Shown here piece after piece: positions 28,480 through 41,561 of a stretch of 64,000 nt of DNA. The stretch lies in assembly GCA_964016885.1 (NCBI GenBank), contig OZ024747.1:10168001-10232000 (forward strand), read 5' to 3'. The notes under the pieces are model-generated. The model did no database searches. It worked only from the letters and a program-made list of their open reading frames with translations, and was not told where the DNA came from. The position numbers and the translations under genes were made by a program. This DNA comes from Eledone cirrhosa. Taxonomy: Eukaryota. Each line of letters begins with the position of its first letter. The first letter of the stretch is position 1.

Positions 28480-28667
28480 GGGCGGTGGATTGGCAGTATT
28501 GGTAGAGGGTCGGATGCCATGCTTTGCAGCAAAGAGTTACGGTCCTTTATGGTTTGAGTTCAAATCCCGCCGCAGTTAACTTTGCCTTTCATCCTTACGG
28601 GGTCGATAAAATAAAGTACCAGTAATACACTGGGATAATTGCTGGCCTTGTGTCAAAAGTAGAAACA
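28480..28667 (+). mobile_element. SINE family B (tRNA-like head, conserved central domain), complete with TSD
   Basis: TGGCAGTATTGG A-box-like, GAGTTCAAATCC B-box, and the central GCCTTTCATCCTTACGGGGTCGATAAAATAAAGTACC. A 19-bp TSD ATTATTATACTCTATATGA lies at 28461-28479 and 28668-28686. Confidence 0.9.
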
Positions 28668-29324
28668 ATTATTATACTCTATATGAATAACATCAACATA
28701 CTTTCAATAAAGTACAAGAGCAGGGAATGGGTCTGGTAGACCTTGCAGTACTTCTTTCAGGCTCTTTTACATTCTGAGTTGAAATTCTGTTGTGGTCCAC
28801 TGAGGCTATAGACATAATCCATTGCCTAACTTAAAGCCACCACCTGATTTTGGGGTACCTTTAACAGAGTCCACGCTGTTGCAAACATTTGGAACACTTC
28901 TCCAGTTTAAGGATCCCTTCTTTCTTCTCTCCATTTTCATTTAGGTGCCCTGAAAACGATTGTAGCCACTGCCCACCCCTCTATGACTAAACAGTAAAAT
29001 ATACATGTATATATATGTATAACACAACATTGACCAGGAAAAAATTAGAGCAATTGTGTGTATATTTTAGATTTCCAGAGCCTGTTATTGAACAGGATGT
29101 TAAAGAAGAAAGAAAGATCCATGTTTAGAATGTTAACTTAGCAGTTTATCATATTTATAACATTAGATAGCATTCTATAATCTGTGTTAGATAGTAAACT
29201 GTTTTTAAAGCAAGTCTGTGACTAAGTTTGATTCTTCGTTGAAATTGTTTCACTTTGTTGATGCTCTCTGAAAAGGTATAAATACTGTGACTTCTTATAG
29301 TATCTCCACAGATGGGCGCACAGC

Positions 29325-29484
29325 TCTTTATATTAACTTTATCCCCTCAGCACTTCGTAAAAGTCTGCACATGAGTGCACCACTCTTTATATTAACTTTA
29401 TCCCCTCAGCACTTCGTAAAAGTCTGCACATGAGTGCACCACTCTTTATATTAACTTTATCCCCTTAGCACTTCTTAAAAGTCC
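29325..29484. repeat. 59-bp tandem duplication, ~2.7 copies
   Basis: CTCTTTATATTAACTTTATCCCCTCAGCACTTCGTAAAAGTC occurs three times. Confidence 0.9.
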
Positions 29485-30783
29485 AAGAGATCAGCTATGT
29501 ATACACTATAACTTCTATTTTACCAGCCTTTCAACTAACTCAATGGAGCTGATCAGAGTTCACATGTTGATGCTTCAAGTAAATGAGTGTTGGTTCAATT
29601 TCCTGTTGTCTCACTCTGTCCTTCCTTGTCCTTACATCAACAAAGGCTGTTGTTAGTTTGGAGAGAAACATTGACTCTCTACCAAGCTGAAGTTTGTCTT
29701 TCAAACAATTTTTTTTTTAAATTCACTGTGGCTTAGTTAGAAAAGGGGTCAAGGCAGTTCCCATTATCATTTTGCAAGTCATCCAAGACTGGTAGACGAA
29801 AGGGAGGAAGATTTTGATTTCTTCAGACTGGTAAATTGATCCAAATTCTTGCAACAAAATAAGCTGCCCAAGGGTCTGATGGTAGGGTTAAACCGAGTGA
29901 CAAATTAAATCAACTGCTCAAGTTAGATTAAAAATGTGATAAGCCCTTCAAGGTGACCCTAAAATCTATGGAGGGTTATGATACATTTTCAAAGTATTAT
30001 ATATAGAAATTTTAATCATAATCTCAATAAAAGTTACCTAGACTGTCCATAGTCAGTTCTGGCTTTTCCAATTCTTACTTTTCTGTCACCAGGAAACCTT
30101 TAAAAACAAAACTACAGCAAAAAAACACAAAACAATTTGTGAGACTTTTTAAAAAATATTCTTCACAAAACTATTTTTTATTGAGAATCTTTTTTTCTTA
30201 ATCTTTTTCCATTTCCTTTTATGCAGTCTGTGACCTTTTCACTGCTTCTTTCTAAGATTTTGACATTTTCTATGCTTTGTATATTTTTAGTTAAAAATTA
30301 TTTCAAGTGAGATGTCTATAAGTGAGAAAGGTTAAAGCTATTAACTCTTTTAAGTGCTTCTAACCTCTGCTTCAAAGCCCTTACTCATTCTTGAGTATAA
30401 GACCTTTCTTAGTCATTATTGAGGATAAGTTCTTTCATAGCACATGATGCTGCTGCAGTGTTGTGGTTTCTGTGAGGGTATTGTATGTCTGTAAAGTGTT
30501 ATAAGTGTTGCTCTGTTTGTGGGTGCCATTCTTTACCTTAACACTCACCACACTGAAAAATACTCCAGCCAGCCATGAAAATTGCTGACCCTTATACAAA
30601 GCACAAGGTTTACCTTACCACTAGAGTGGAGTATTGTTCTCAAACCTGTACTTCCAACATATACATATATCCAGGTCTTTATATCCACTGGATAGACAAG
30701 ACTCCACTCTGATACCTTACAAACTACAAACACTTGCTCACTACCAAGCTGTAGTATCCTCCACACTTCTCTCTCTCTTTCTT

Positions 30784-30823
<40 letters not shown>

Positions 30824-31003
30824 CTATGTGTCTCCCCTTCTTCTACAACTATAAAGCCCATACATTCAGTATCACACTTTTTACACAAGCATCATACAAT
30901 CTGTGTTTTATTATTCTGAGAGAGAATCCCTTTACTAGAATTTTTTCTACTTCATTCTTACTCTGGCATCAATTATTTTAGAACACCAACCTTCACTACT
31001 AAT

Positions 31004-31600
31004 TACCGATATACTCGTTAGGTGTGTGTGACATATCTACACTACAGGTTTGTGTGTTTATAAGCCGAGAAATATGGGATAAAAACTCAATGGTAAAATA
31101 GGAGGGTGCTTATATTTGAGGTCAATAGTTTGCTGATATTCACCAACTTCAAATTCTACATAAATAGTTGCTAAAATATCTAGAGTAATTATTTTACAAT
31201 GAAACATTGTTTTTCTACATTTACTACATTGTCATTGGTGTTATTTACACATTCCCTTGAAAGTATTTCAAACAAATTTTTATAATTTGAAATTTTTTAA
31301 TAGATAATTATCCCCTACACATCAACGTTTTTCTCTGACTTATTTCTTTTTCTTTCAATCTATCATAAGATTGAAATCTTACTTCTGACTTGTATTTTAT
31401 TGCACTCTCTCTCACTTGCTGTCCCTTCCCTCACTTGCTGTCTCTCCCTCCCTTTTCTACGCTATGTATCCCTATACAAACTTCCCTTATTTGATCTCTT
31501 GCTTTCAACTCCCAGCATGTGGGTGGCCGGAAGTAAACAAACATTTGAGAAACTTGTTGAAATTATAAAAGGAATGAAATGGTGAAATATCATCACGTAA
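31004..31600 (+). mobile_element. decayed pogo/Tc2-like DNA transposon fragment
   Basis: Left end TACCGATATACTCG...TATAAGCCGAG. Internal homology to 53885-54085. Confidence 0.5.
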
Positions 31601-31649
31601 TGGAGTTTGAAACAAAACCTATACTATAAACACACACACACACACACAC

Positions 31650-32122
31650 ATGTAGTGTAGATATGTCACACACACATCTGCAGTGTAGATATGTCACACA
31701 CACATGTAGTGTAGATATGTCACACACACGCACATCTGCGGTGTAGATATGTCACGCACACATGTAGTGTAGATATTATGTCACACACACACACATCTGT
31801 AGTGTAGATATGCCGCGCGCGCACACACGCACACACACACACACACATGTAGTGTAGATACATCACCCTCCCTCCTCTAGTGTGTAGATATCCCCACCCC
31901 CTCTAGTGTAGATATCCCCCCTCCTCTAGTGTGTAGATATATCCCCACCCCTTCTAGTGTAGATATACCCCCCCCCCTCTAGTGTAGATATACCCCCCCC
32001 CCCCCCTCAAGTGTAGATATACCTCCCCTAATGTAGATATACCCCACCCTCCCCTAGTGTAGATATATCACCCCTCCGTTAGTGTAGATATATCACCCCC
32101 TCCTTTAGTGTAGATATATCTA
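31650..32122. repeat. TAGTGTAGATAT core repeated with variable (CA)n and then C-rich spacers
   Basis: About 16 cores, read directly from the sequence. Confidence 0.9.
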
Positions 32123-33132
32123 TAGTAATATGTTATTTCCAACTTACTCTTGCTTGAATTGTTACAAGATAAAAAAGTTATTCAAATTTTGTAACCTTTT
32201 TTTAGATTTGGTCCAAGTAACCGGAAAATCCTTCAAGATAGGTCAAGATTTTCTCTCTTTTTCTCTCTTTCTTTCTCTCTCTTTCTCTCTCTTTCTCTCT
32301 CTTTCTCTTTCTTTTCTTAAAAGTAAAACACACTAGTGTACTTAAGTTTAGGTTATAGTGAAGTCACTCTGAAAAATTCAGTCCTATTCCCAGCTTCACA
32401 TTGCTCTAAATAAGTTATCATTATTATCATCATCATCATCATCATTAACATTAACATCATCATTGCTGTCATTATCATCATTAACATCATCATCATCATT
32501 ATCTAACATCTTTTTATCCTGCTAGCAAGGGTTGGATGGCAAGTTTTCTAAAACTGGATACCCATCCTATCATCAACCACTCTACAGAGTGTACTGGGTG
32601 TATTTTATTGACACCAATACTAGAGAGGTTGTAGTGGCCTTGACACATTGTAGAGTCTTCTCAAACCCATGTATGTTGTTTAATTCACTTCTCTGTGCAG
32701 TGGTAACATTAGGGTACTGATACCTTTTTTGTTAGCTTACTGTACCAAGTTCTTTGTGAGAGGGACTAGATTCTTATCCATGGTAAATGGAAAACCTTAT
32801 AGAAAACTGTAATTCAGTAAAATGAAACCAGAAAGTATATCTGTGCCATCAAAGCAGATTTCTTCCAATATGTTAGATCCAGTTTCAATTTTCCATTATT
32901 TAAACAAAGCTTCCATATGGATTTGACAAACCTCTGACTGGATTTGACAAACCTCTGCAGAGTGTACTGGTTGTCATCACACCCTCTGATATCCTCAGTC
33001 TCTGAACTGCTGGTTACCATTTTGCTGTACAAAATTGGGAAGAGTGTCCCCCTCCTCCATCTCAAAGTGGAGTTGCTGATGCAGCCAGTGTTGTTGGCTG
33101 TTCTCTTCAGCACTGCCGTCACCATTTTGTGT

Positions 33133-34343
33133 CTGAGATATACCACCTAGACTGGAGTGTAGTGTCTCTCTCTCTACCACAGCCGAGATATACCACCTAG
33201 ACTGGAGTGTAGTGTCTTTCTACCACAGCCGAGATATACCACCTAGACTGGAGTGTAGTGTCTCTCTCTACCACAGCCGAGATATACCACCTAGACTGGA
33301 GTGTAGTGTCTCTCTACCACAGCCGAGATATACCACCTAGACTGGGGTGTAGTGTCTCTCTCTACCACAGCTGAGATATACCACCTAGACTGGAGTGTAG
33401 TGTCTCACTCTCTACCACAGCCGAGATATACCACCTAGACTGGAGTGTAGTGTCTCACTCTCTACCACAGCTGAGATATACCACCTAGACTGGAGTGTAA
33501 TGTCTCTCTCTACCACAGCCGAGATATACCACCTAGACTGGAGTGTAGTGTCTCACTCTCTACCACAGCCGAGATATACCACCTAGACTGGAGTGTAGTG
33601 TCTCACTCTCTACCACAGCTGAGATATACCACCTAGACTGGAGTGTAGTGTCTCTCTCTACCACAGCCGAGATATACCACCTAGACTGGAGTGTAGTGTC
33701 TCTCTACCACAGCCGAGATATACCACCTAGACTGGAGTGTAGTGTCTCTCTCTACCACAGCCGAGATATACCACCTAGACTGGAGTGTAGTGTCTCACTC
33801 TCTACCACAGCTGAGATATACCACCTAGACTGGTGTAGTGTCTCTCTCTACCACAGCCGAGATATACCACCTAGACTGGAGTGTAGTGTCTTACTCTCTA
33901 CCACAGCTGAGATATACCACCTAGACTGGAGTGTAGTGTCTCACTCTCTACCACAGCTGAGATATACCCCCTTGACTGGAGTGTAGTGTCTCTCTCTCTC
34001 TACCACAGCTGAGATATACCACCTAGACTGGAGTGTAGTGTCTCTCTCTCTCTACCACAGCTGAGATATACCACCTAGACTGGAGTGTAGTGTCTCACTC
34101 TATACCACCTAGACTGGAGTGGAGTGTCTCTCTCTCTCTACCACAGCCAAGATATACCACCTAGACTGGGGGTGTAGTCTGTCGCACAGCCGAGATATAC
34201 CACCTAGACTGGGGCATAGTCTGTCACTCATAGCTGAGATATACCACCTAGACTGGGGTGTAGAATCTGTTACTCACGGCCAAGATATACCACCTAGACT
34301 GGGGTGTACAGTCAGTCAGTCACTCACTAAGACTGGGGTATAA
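33133..34343. repeat. ~46-52-bp minisatellite with internal (CT)n slippage and a degenerating right end
   Basis: Unit GAGATATACCACCTAGACTGGAGTGTAGTGT(CT)nACCACAGCC. Confidence 0.96.
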
Positions 34344-34876
34344 TGTCTACCACTTCTTCCCTCCTTCCTTTTACGTTCGTTATTTAATTTTTTTCCTTTC
34401 TCATTCTTTTTTATTACAAACAGTAATTTAATTAAATTATTTCAATAAAAGTCTCCATATTTTTCTAGAATCACCTATTATAGTTATAAAATATTCCGAA
34501 CAAATAACATATATTAGATTTATTAATTGCTAAAAAGGAATTATCTCCTTTGGATACAATGTTGTCACAGTCCCTTAGCCCGGAATTTTATAGTGCCAGT
34601 ATAATAGTGTTAGTATTAGCTGTAATAGTGTTAGTATTAGCTAGTGTTTAGTGTTGCTCCTACTTTTGCTGGCACTCTCTCATGGAATAACATCGTGTAG
34701 AATACAGATACGAAAGCAAAGGGACCCATGGTAAAATAGATGTCAAAATGGTGGTGGTGGTGGTTGTTGTGGTAATGATGATGGTGGTGGTGGTTGTGGT
34801 AATGATGATGATGGTAAGGTAGAGTGGGCAAATGAATAGAAGCTACTTTAGACGAGGAATATTAGGCAGTTTTCAA

Positions 34877-35058
34877 ATATTTGTTTCTACTTTAGGCACA
34901 AGGCCAGCAATTACCCAGTGCATTACTGGTACTTTTATTTTATCGACCCCGTAAGGATGAAAGGCAAAGTCAACCTCGGCCGGATTTGAACTCAGATCGT
35001 AAAGGGACGTAACTATGCTGGAAAGCATGGCGTCCGACCCTCTACCGATACTGCTAGA
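34877..35058 (-). mobile_element. SINE family B copy
   Basis: Reverse complement of 28480-28667. Confidence 0.85.
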
Positions 35059-35795
35059 CATTCTTTTGTACTGTTGGCTGAAATAAGTTAATTTTTTGAG
35101 AGTTAGGGTGTGAAATATGTCATTTTGACCTTAGTGGGTGGGGGCTGTAAATAAATATGGTTTAATTTTAGACTTTAGATAATTGAACTTTGACCCAGGT
35201 CATCCATTTTTCTACCTTACTCTGGCTTAAGTTATATTTTAAACCAGTCATCTGAAATGTTTGTAAACTGAAACTATTTTTCCCATACAAAATGTTGAGA
35301 GAGAGAGACTGTGTATAAAAAACATAGATATCACCAGTGTTGTCAATAATGACGATAATAACATTGAATGTATTTAATCTTTGGAGTCTAGGATTGGTAT
35401 CCCATATATACCAGGATCATTGGATATATGAACAATCATACAGACTGAGAGATTGACTTTTTGATAAATTAATAGTTTGCATAAGAGAAACCCTATAGTT
35501 GATGTTGATTACTGAAACATGTACTGTATATATACCAAATATATACAGATGTGTCATATATGCATTGAATTTACTCAATTGTTGTTTTTTGTGGAGTGGT
35601 CTATGTAATGTTTTACTAGGAGCTCAATCCTGGTATCTACACCACAGTTGCCACCTTGTAATAGCTAGAACTAGCAGCCAAATCTCCCTCAAATGTTGCT
35701 GCCTTGTCAATAGAGTCTCTGATGGGGTCAGGTCACTTGTAAGATCCCAAACTCATTGTACCTACAGAATACAACACCGATAATGTGTCCAAATA

Positions 35796-36875
35796 CAGTG
35801 GAACTTTGCTTCACAAACTTAATTCATTCCTGAAGGCCATTTGTCATCTGAAATGTTTGTAAACTGAAACTATTTTTCCCATACGAAATGTTGAGAGAGA
35901 GACTCTGTGTAAAAAAACATAGATATCACCATAGTAACTAACTACACAGCAAGTGATGTTTTCCTGCCAATACTCTCAACTTGTTGCCAGCTTGTGTGTT
36001 CTACCAACCAGTGTTGCCAGCTTGTGTGTTCTACCAACCAGTGTTGCCAGCTTGTGTGTTCTACCAACCAGTGTTGCCAGCTTGTGTGTTCTACCAACCA
36101 GTGTTGCCAGCTTGTGTGTTCTACCAACCAGTGTTGCCAGCTTGTGTGTTCTACCAACCAGTGTTGCCAGCTTGTGTGTTCTACCAACCATTGTTGCCAG
36201 CTTGTGTTCTACCAACCATTGTTGCCAGCTTGTGTGTTCTACCAACCAGTGTTGCTAGCTTGTGTTCTACCAACCAGTGTTGCTAGCTTGTGTGTTCTAC
36301 CAACCAGTGTTGCTAGCTTGTGTGTTCTACCAACCAGTGTTGCCAGCTTGTGTGTTCTACCAACCATTGTTGCTAGCTTGTGTTCTACCAACCATTGTTG
36401 CCAGCTTGTGTGTTCTACCAACCAGTGTTGCTAGCTTGTGTTCTACCAACCAGTGTTGCTAGCTTGTGTTCTACCAACCATTGTTGCTAGCTTGTGTGTT
36501 CTACCAACCAGTGTTGCTAGCTTGTGTGTTCTACCAACCATTGTTGCTAGCTTGTGTTCTACCAACCATTGTTGCTAGCTTGTGTGTTCTACCAACCAGT
36601 GTTGCTAGCTTGTGTGTTCTATCAACCAGTGTTGCTAGCTTGTGTGTTCTACCAACCAGTGTTGCCAGCTTGTGTGTTCTACCAACCATTGTTGCCAGCT
36701 TGTGTGTTCTACCAACCATTGTTGCCAGCTTGTGTGTTCTACCAACCAGTGTTGCTAGCTTGTGTGTTCTACCAACCAGTGTTGCCAGCTTGTGTGTTCA
36801 TTACTTGTGACACCGTTTGTCAACCGGAACCTATTTGTTTGTGATGCAAGGCGTTCATGAATCAAGGTTCCACTG
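35796..36875 (+). mobile_element. Tigger-like MITE expanded by an internal 30-bp minisatellite
   Basis: TA-CAGTGGAACTTTG ... CAAGGTTCCACTG-TA. Confidence 0.88.
35981..36800. repeat. 30/28-bp minisatellite, ~27 copies
   Basis: Unit GTGTTGCCAGCTTGTGTGTTCTACCAACCA. Confidence 0.97.
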
Positions 36876-37539
36876 TATTTCAATTGTTATAATACTTATT
36901 TCTAGGAACTTCTAGTTTAAACCTGATTTCGATTGCTATGTTCTTCACGTCCTCATGTTATTTCTTTCTCTGACTGCTAAACAACTTGACATAACCTAGA
37001 AGAATCTCAACAATTTACCATATTCTGTCTTGACCATTGGCTGTAGAACTAGCAATGGTAAATATTGATTTTTGCATGGAATTTATCTCTGCACAAACAT
37101 AGACATCTTGCCTGTCACAACCCATGACAGCGTTTCATACTTTTGGCTTACACTGTAATAGCACATTTCTGATATTCTCTTAACCATCTTCATACCAAAC
37201 CATATGAAACTGCCCTTCATAATTTTATGTAAGAACCTTTAAGTTATTTTCCAAACACCAGTTTAATGATGAAACAGATATATATTACTGAATTCATCTA
37301 AATTCTTGATTAGGTTTTAAATTATTTGGAAATCAAAGGCATAGAGATGTGGACATAAAATGGTTAAAGTTCATCTCAGAATTCTTAATAAGGGGTTTAC
37401 TACTACCACTACCTTGATTTTCTAAGTTTGCACTCTATCAAGTGACAACCGCTTATATTTGCGATCATATTCTTTCGATCATTACTCAAGATTCTTGATC
37501 ATAGGTAAGAGTTGGCACAAATACAGAATTTAAGATAGC

Positions 37540-38045
37540 AAGGTAGCAACAAAAACTGTAAAAGAGGAATCAAAAGCAGTGTGCTAGAGAGAAAACTGAG
37601 CTAGTACAGACATGTAATACATCTGGAGGATGGCAGCTGGGTAAAAGACTTGTCAGTCAATCCAAGTTAACCCTTTAGCATTCACATTACTCTATATTTA
37701 CTATTGTATTTTTGTAGTAAACACTTTATCTTACATAATTATCTCACATAATATTGAATCTATGAGATTTTGATATTTATTTTGAGAACAATACCGTAAC
37801 ATCAGTATAAGCGGCCAGTTTCAACTGGTTTGAACAGAAAGAGGAGAGACATTTCTGGCCGGATACGGCCGGTTTGAATGCTAAAGGGTTAAAGGAACCT
37901 GTAAAAGAGAAAGACCTAGGTAGAGATATGGAAGCTGTACTAAAGATGATCTGTCCAGCTGATAGAAGTGACAACATGCTGTGCTAAAGATGACCAGTCC
38001 ACCTGATGCAAGCTTGGAACAATTGACATGAAATAATGATTATCA
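37540..38045 (+). mobile_element. old RTE 3' fragment split by a TTAA MITE
   Basis: RGIKSSVLERKLS*YRHVIHLEDGSWVK..CQSIQVK|GTCKRERPR is homologous to the RTE ORF end at 19733-20182. Confidence 0.7.
37667..37892. mobile_element. complete piggyBac-like MITE
   Basis: TTAA TSD and 14-bp TIR CCCTTTAGCATTCA / TGAATGCTAAAGGG. Confidence 0.88.
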
Positions 38046-38106
38046 TGTCACTCTGTTCAAACTTATTGATTTGCTGGTGTTGGTGTGAGGTCAGAAGAGG
38101 AGAACA

Positions 38107-39757
38107 GATTGGTGTGTTAGTAAACATAGACTCCGTGTTAGAGGTAAGGATAGACTGGTGTGGTAGTAGACATAGTCTCCATGTTAGAGGCAAGGATAGA
38201 CTGGTGTGGTAGTAGACATAGACTCCATGTTAGAGGTAAGGATAGACAGGTGTGGTAGTAGACATAGACTCCATGTTAGAGGTAAGGATAGACAGGTGTG
38301 GTAGTAGACATAGACTCCATGTTAGAGGTAAGGATAGACTGGTGTGGTAGTAAACATAGTCTCCATGTGAGAGGTAAGGATAGACTGGTGTGGTAGTAGA
38401 CATAGTCTCCATGTTAGAGGTAAGGATAGACTGGTGTGGTAGTAGACATAGTCTCCATGTGAGAGGTAAGGATAGACTTGTGTGGTAGTAGACATAGTCT
38501 CCATGTGAGAGGTAAGGATAGACTGGTGTGGTAGTAGACATAGACTCCATGTTAGAGGTAAGGATAGACTGGTGTGGTAGTAGACATAGTCTCCATGTGA
38601 GAGGTAAGGATAGACTGGTGTGGTAGTAGACATAGTCTCCATGTGAGAGGTAAGGATAGACTGGTGTGGTAGTAGACATAGTCTCCATGTTAGAGGTAAG
38701 GATAGACTTGTGTGGTAGTAGACATAGTCCACATGTTAGAGGTAAGAATAGACTGGTGTGGTAGTAGACATAGTCCACATGTTAGAGGTAAGGATAGACT
38801 TGTGTGGTAGTAGACATAGTCCACATGTTAGAGGTAAGGATAGACTGGTGTGGTAGTAGATATAGTCCACATGTTAGAGGTAAGGATAGACTGGTGTGGT
38901 AGTAGACATAGTCCACATGTTAGAGGTAAGGATAGACTGGTGTGGTAGTAGATATAGTCCACATGTTAGAGGTAAGGATAGACTGGTGTGGTAGTAGATA
39001 TAGTCCACATGTTAGAGGTAAGGATAGACTGGTGTGGTAGTAGACATAGTCCACATGTTAGAGGTAAGGATAGACTGGTGTGATAGTAGACATAGTCTCC
39101 ATGTGAGAGGTAAGGATAGACTGGTGTGGTAGTAGACATAGTCCACATGTTAGAGGTAAGGATAGACTGGTGTGGTAGTAGACATAGTCCACATGTTAGA
39201 GGTAAGGATAGACTGGTGTGGTAGTAGACATAGACTCCATGTTAGAGGTAAGGATAGACTGGTGTGGTAGTAGACATAGACTCCATGTTAGAGGTAAGGA
39301 TAGACTGGTGTGGTAGTAGACATAGTCCACATGTTAGAGGTAAGGATAGACTGGTGTGGTAGTAGACATAGTCTCCATGTGAGAGGTAAGGATAGACTGG
39401 TATGGTAGTAGACATAGTCTCCATGTTAGAGGTAAGGATAGACTGGTGTGGTAGTAGACATAGTCCACATGTTAGAGGTAAGGATAGACTGGTGTGGTAG
39501 TAGACATAGTCCACATGTTAGAGGTAAGAATAGACTGGTGTGGTAGTAGACATAGTCCACATGTTAGAGGTAAGGATAGACTGGTATGGTAGTAGACATA
39601 GTCCACATGTTAGAGGTAAGGATAGACTGGTGTGGTAGTAGACATAGACTCCATGTTAGAGGTAAGGATAGACTGGTGTGGTAGTAGACATAGTCCACAT
39701 GTTAGAGGTAAGGATAGACTGGTGTGGTAGTAGACATAGACTCCATGTTAGAGGTAA
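38107..39757. repeat. 46-bp minisatellite, ~36 copies
   Basis: Unit GTTAGAGGTAAGGATAGACTGGTGTGGTAGTAGACATAGTCTCCAT with CCAC, ACTC and GTGAG variants. Confidence 0.97.
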
Positions 39758-39824
39758 ATGAAGGACCATTTTGTAAAGGACATTTTCTTTTATAAATCAT
39801 TCTATTAGTGTTATTCTGTTGTTC

Positions 39825-40010
39825 AGTAGAGCGTTGAACATCATTTTTATGGCATATAGTTACGGCCCTTTACATTCTGCGTTCAAATCCTGCCGAGATT
39901 AACTTTGTTTTTCATCCTATCGGGGTTGATAAAACAAAGTACCAGTAACACACTGGCGTTGTTTTAATCAATTTCCCTCTCCCCTTGTGCCAGAATCAGA
40001 AACCATTGTT
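39825..40010 (+). mobile_element. SINE family B, diverged copy
   Basis: TAGTTACGGCCCTTTACATTCTGCGTTCAAATCC...GATAAAACAAAGTACCAG. Confidence 0.75.
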
Positions 40011-40057
40011 TTTATTCTGTTCTGTTGTAAGTACATCATCTATACTACATTACATAC

Positions 40058-40097
<40 letters not shown>

Positions 40098-40529
40098 AAT
40101 ATAAATTAGCGAGAATCATATTTCGGCTATTGGAAATTAGCAAAAAACAACTTCCGAGATGTGTGGCAAGCGCTCAATGAATTCTAACAAACTAGAGCTA
40201 CAACATACGTTAAAAGGTCAAACACACTGAGACGATGGTTAAACCATTATCCGCACAGCCATAGAAACGACCAAGTAATTCAGGTAAAAAAAAAATTTTT
40301 AAATGTGATTGAAAAATTTACCCTGGATGGTTGGTAAAATCCAGCATTTGGGTTTCTGCGACTCCTAAATCAAGTACTGTCCGCTTATATATATATTTGG
40401 GTTTGAAGGTTCACCACTGGATAGATTGGTCATTCCGTATGGTCAATCTTGATGTAATAATATGGAGAGTACTCAACGTAAAGCAGCTCAAGCATCTTCA
40501 TTTGTGTAGTTGGTGGTGCGGAGTTAATT

Positions 40530-41184
40530 ATTATAATAAAATAACAGGAGGCTGGACTTGTGTAAATCCTTGAAAGGGTTATTATACTCTGATCATTTCA
40601 ATGACTAGGTTCCGTATGAATCTGGTGATATCAGGTATTCGAAATATAATAAATGAATGTAACAGATAAACTCCATCGGGCTGAAAATCATAGACCCGAT
40701 GACGACCGACCATCTAGGATCTTCCACTTTAGATACACTGTACTTTAGTCTGATCGGGGCCTCAGTCCTGCCCCACGGAGAATGGCAATCCTGTCCCACG
40801 GGGAATGATCAGAGACACACGCTGCATAAAGAACTAATTTGAACAATTCAAAATAGAGTACCAAAACATGAACTTGTTTATAATTTTTAAAAAAAACAGC
40901 AACCTTAACAAAATTATTTTAGAAATACAATTAACACAGTTAAAATTTAATATTATGAATTTAAAACGTGTATTGAGGGCGACCGGCTAAAGTGGAAGAT
41001 GCTAGATGGTCGGTCGTCCTTGGGTCTATGATTTTCTGCCCCATGGATTTTATCTGTTACATTCATTTATTATATTTCGAATACCTGATGATATCACCGG
41101 ATTCATACAGAACCCGGTCATTGAAATGATCAGAGTATAATAAACCTTTCAAGGATTTACACAAGTCCAGCCTCCTGTTATTTT

Positions 41185-41192
<8 letters not shown>
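40530..41192. mobile_element. inverted repeat (~205-bp arms at 40530-40732 and 40987-41192) carrying a hammerhead-like core; PLE pLTR-like
   Basis: The arms align in reverse complement. The + arm has CTGATGA-TATCACCGGATTC-ATACA-GAACCCGGTCATT-GAAA-TGATCA-GAGTA and abuts (TA)n. Confidence 0.75.
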
Positions 41193-41228
<36 letters not shown>

Positions 41229-41241
41229 ATGTGTGTGTGTA

Positions 41242-41520
41242 CAGCGGAACTTCGATTCACGAACTTAATTTGTTCCTGAAATGTTCGTACACTGAGATTT
41301 TTTCCCATACGAAATGCTGAGAGAGACAGAGACTTTGTGAAAGACAGATAGATATCACCATAGTAACTAACTTCATAGCAAGGAACGTTTTCCTACCAAT
41401 ACTCCCAGCTTGTTGCCAACCATTGTTACCAGCTTGCGTGTTCATTATTTGAGTTGAGACACTTCATGAACCGAGTTGTTTTATGCTTGGAAAAATTGCT
41501 CGTGAACTGAGGTTTCACTG
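41242..41520 (+). mobile_element. Tigger-like MITE, unexpanded copy
   Basis: CAGCGGAACTTCGATTCACGAAC ... CTCGTGAACTGAGGTTTCACTG. Confidence 0.85.
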
Positions 41521-41521
41521 A

Positions 41522-41560
<39 letters not shown>

Positions 41561-41561
<1 letters not shown>

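Noticed and set aside
29500-30100. Possible decayed LINE or LTR pol remnant
   Set aside because: Only weak 4-6 residue resemblances and many stops; insufficient evidence.
31650-32122. CRISPR-like repeat/spacer appearance (also 61095-62177 and 33133-34343)
   Set aside because: The context is eukaryotic, the spacers are slipped microsatellites rather than unique sequences, and there are no cas genes.
32950-33132. GC-richer unique stretch, possible exon
   Set aside because: No recognisable protein motif or convincing splice sites in any frame; it cannot be supported without a homology search.
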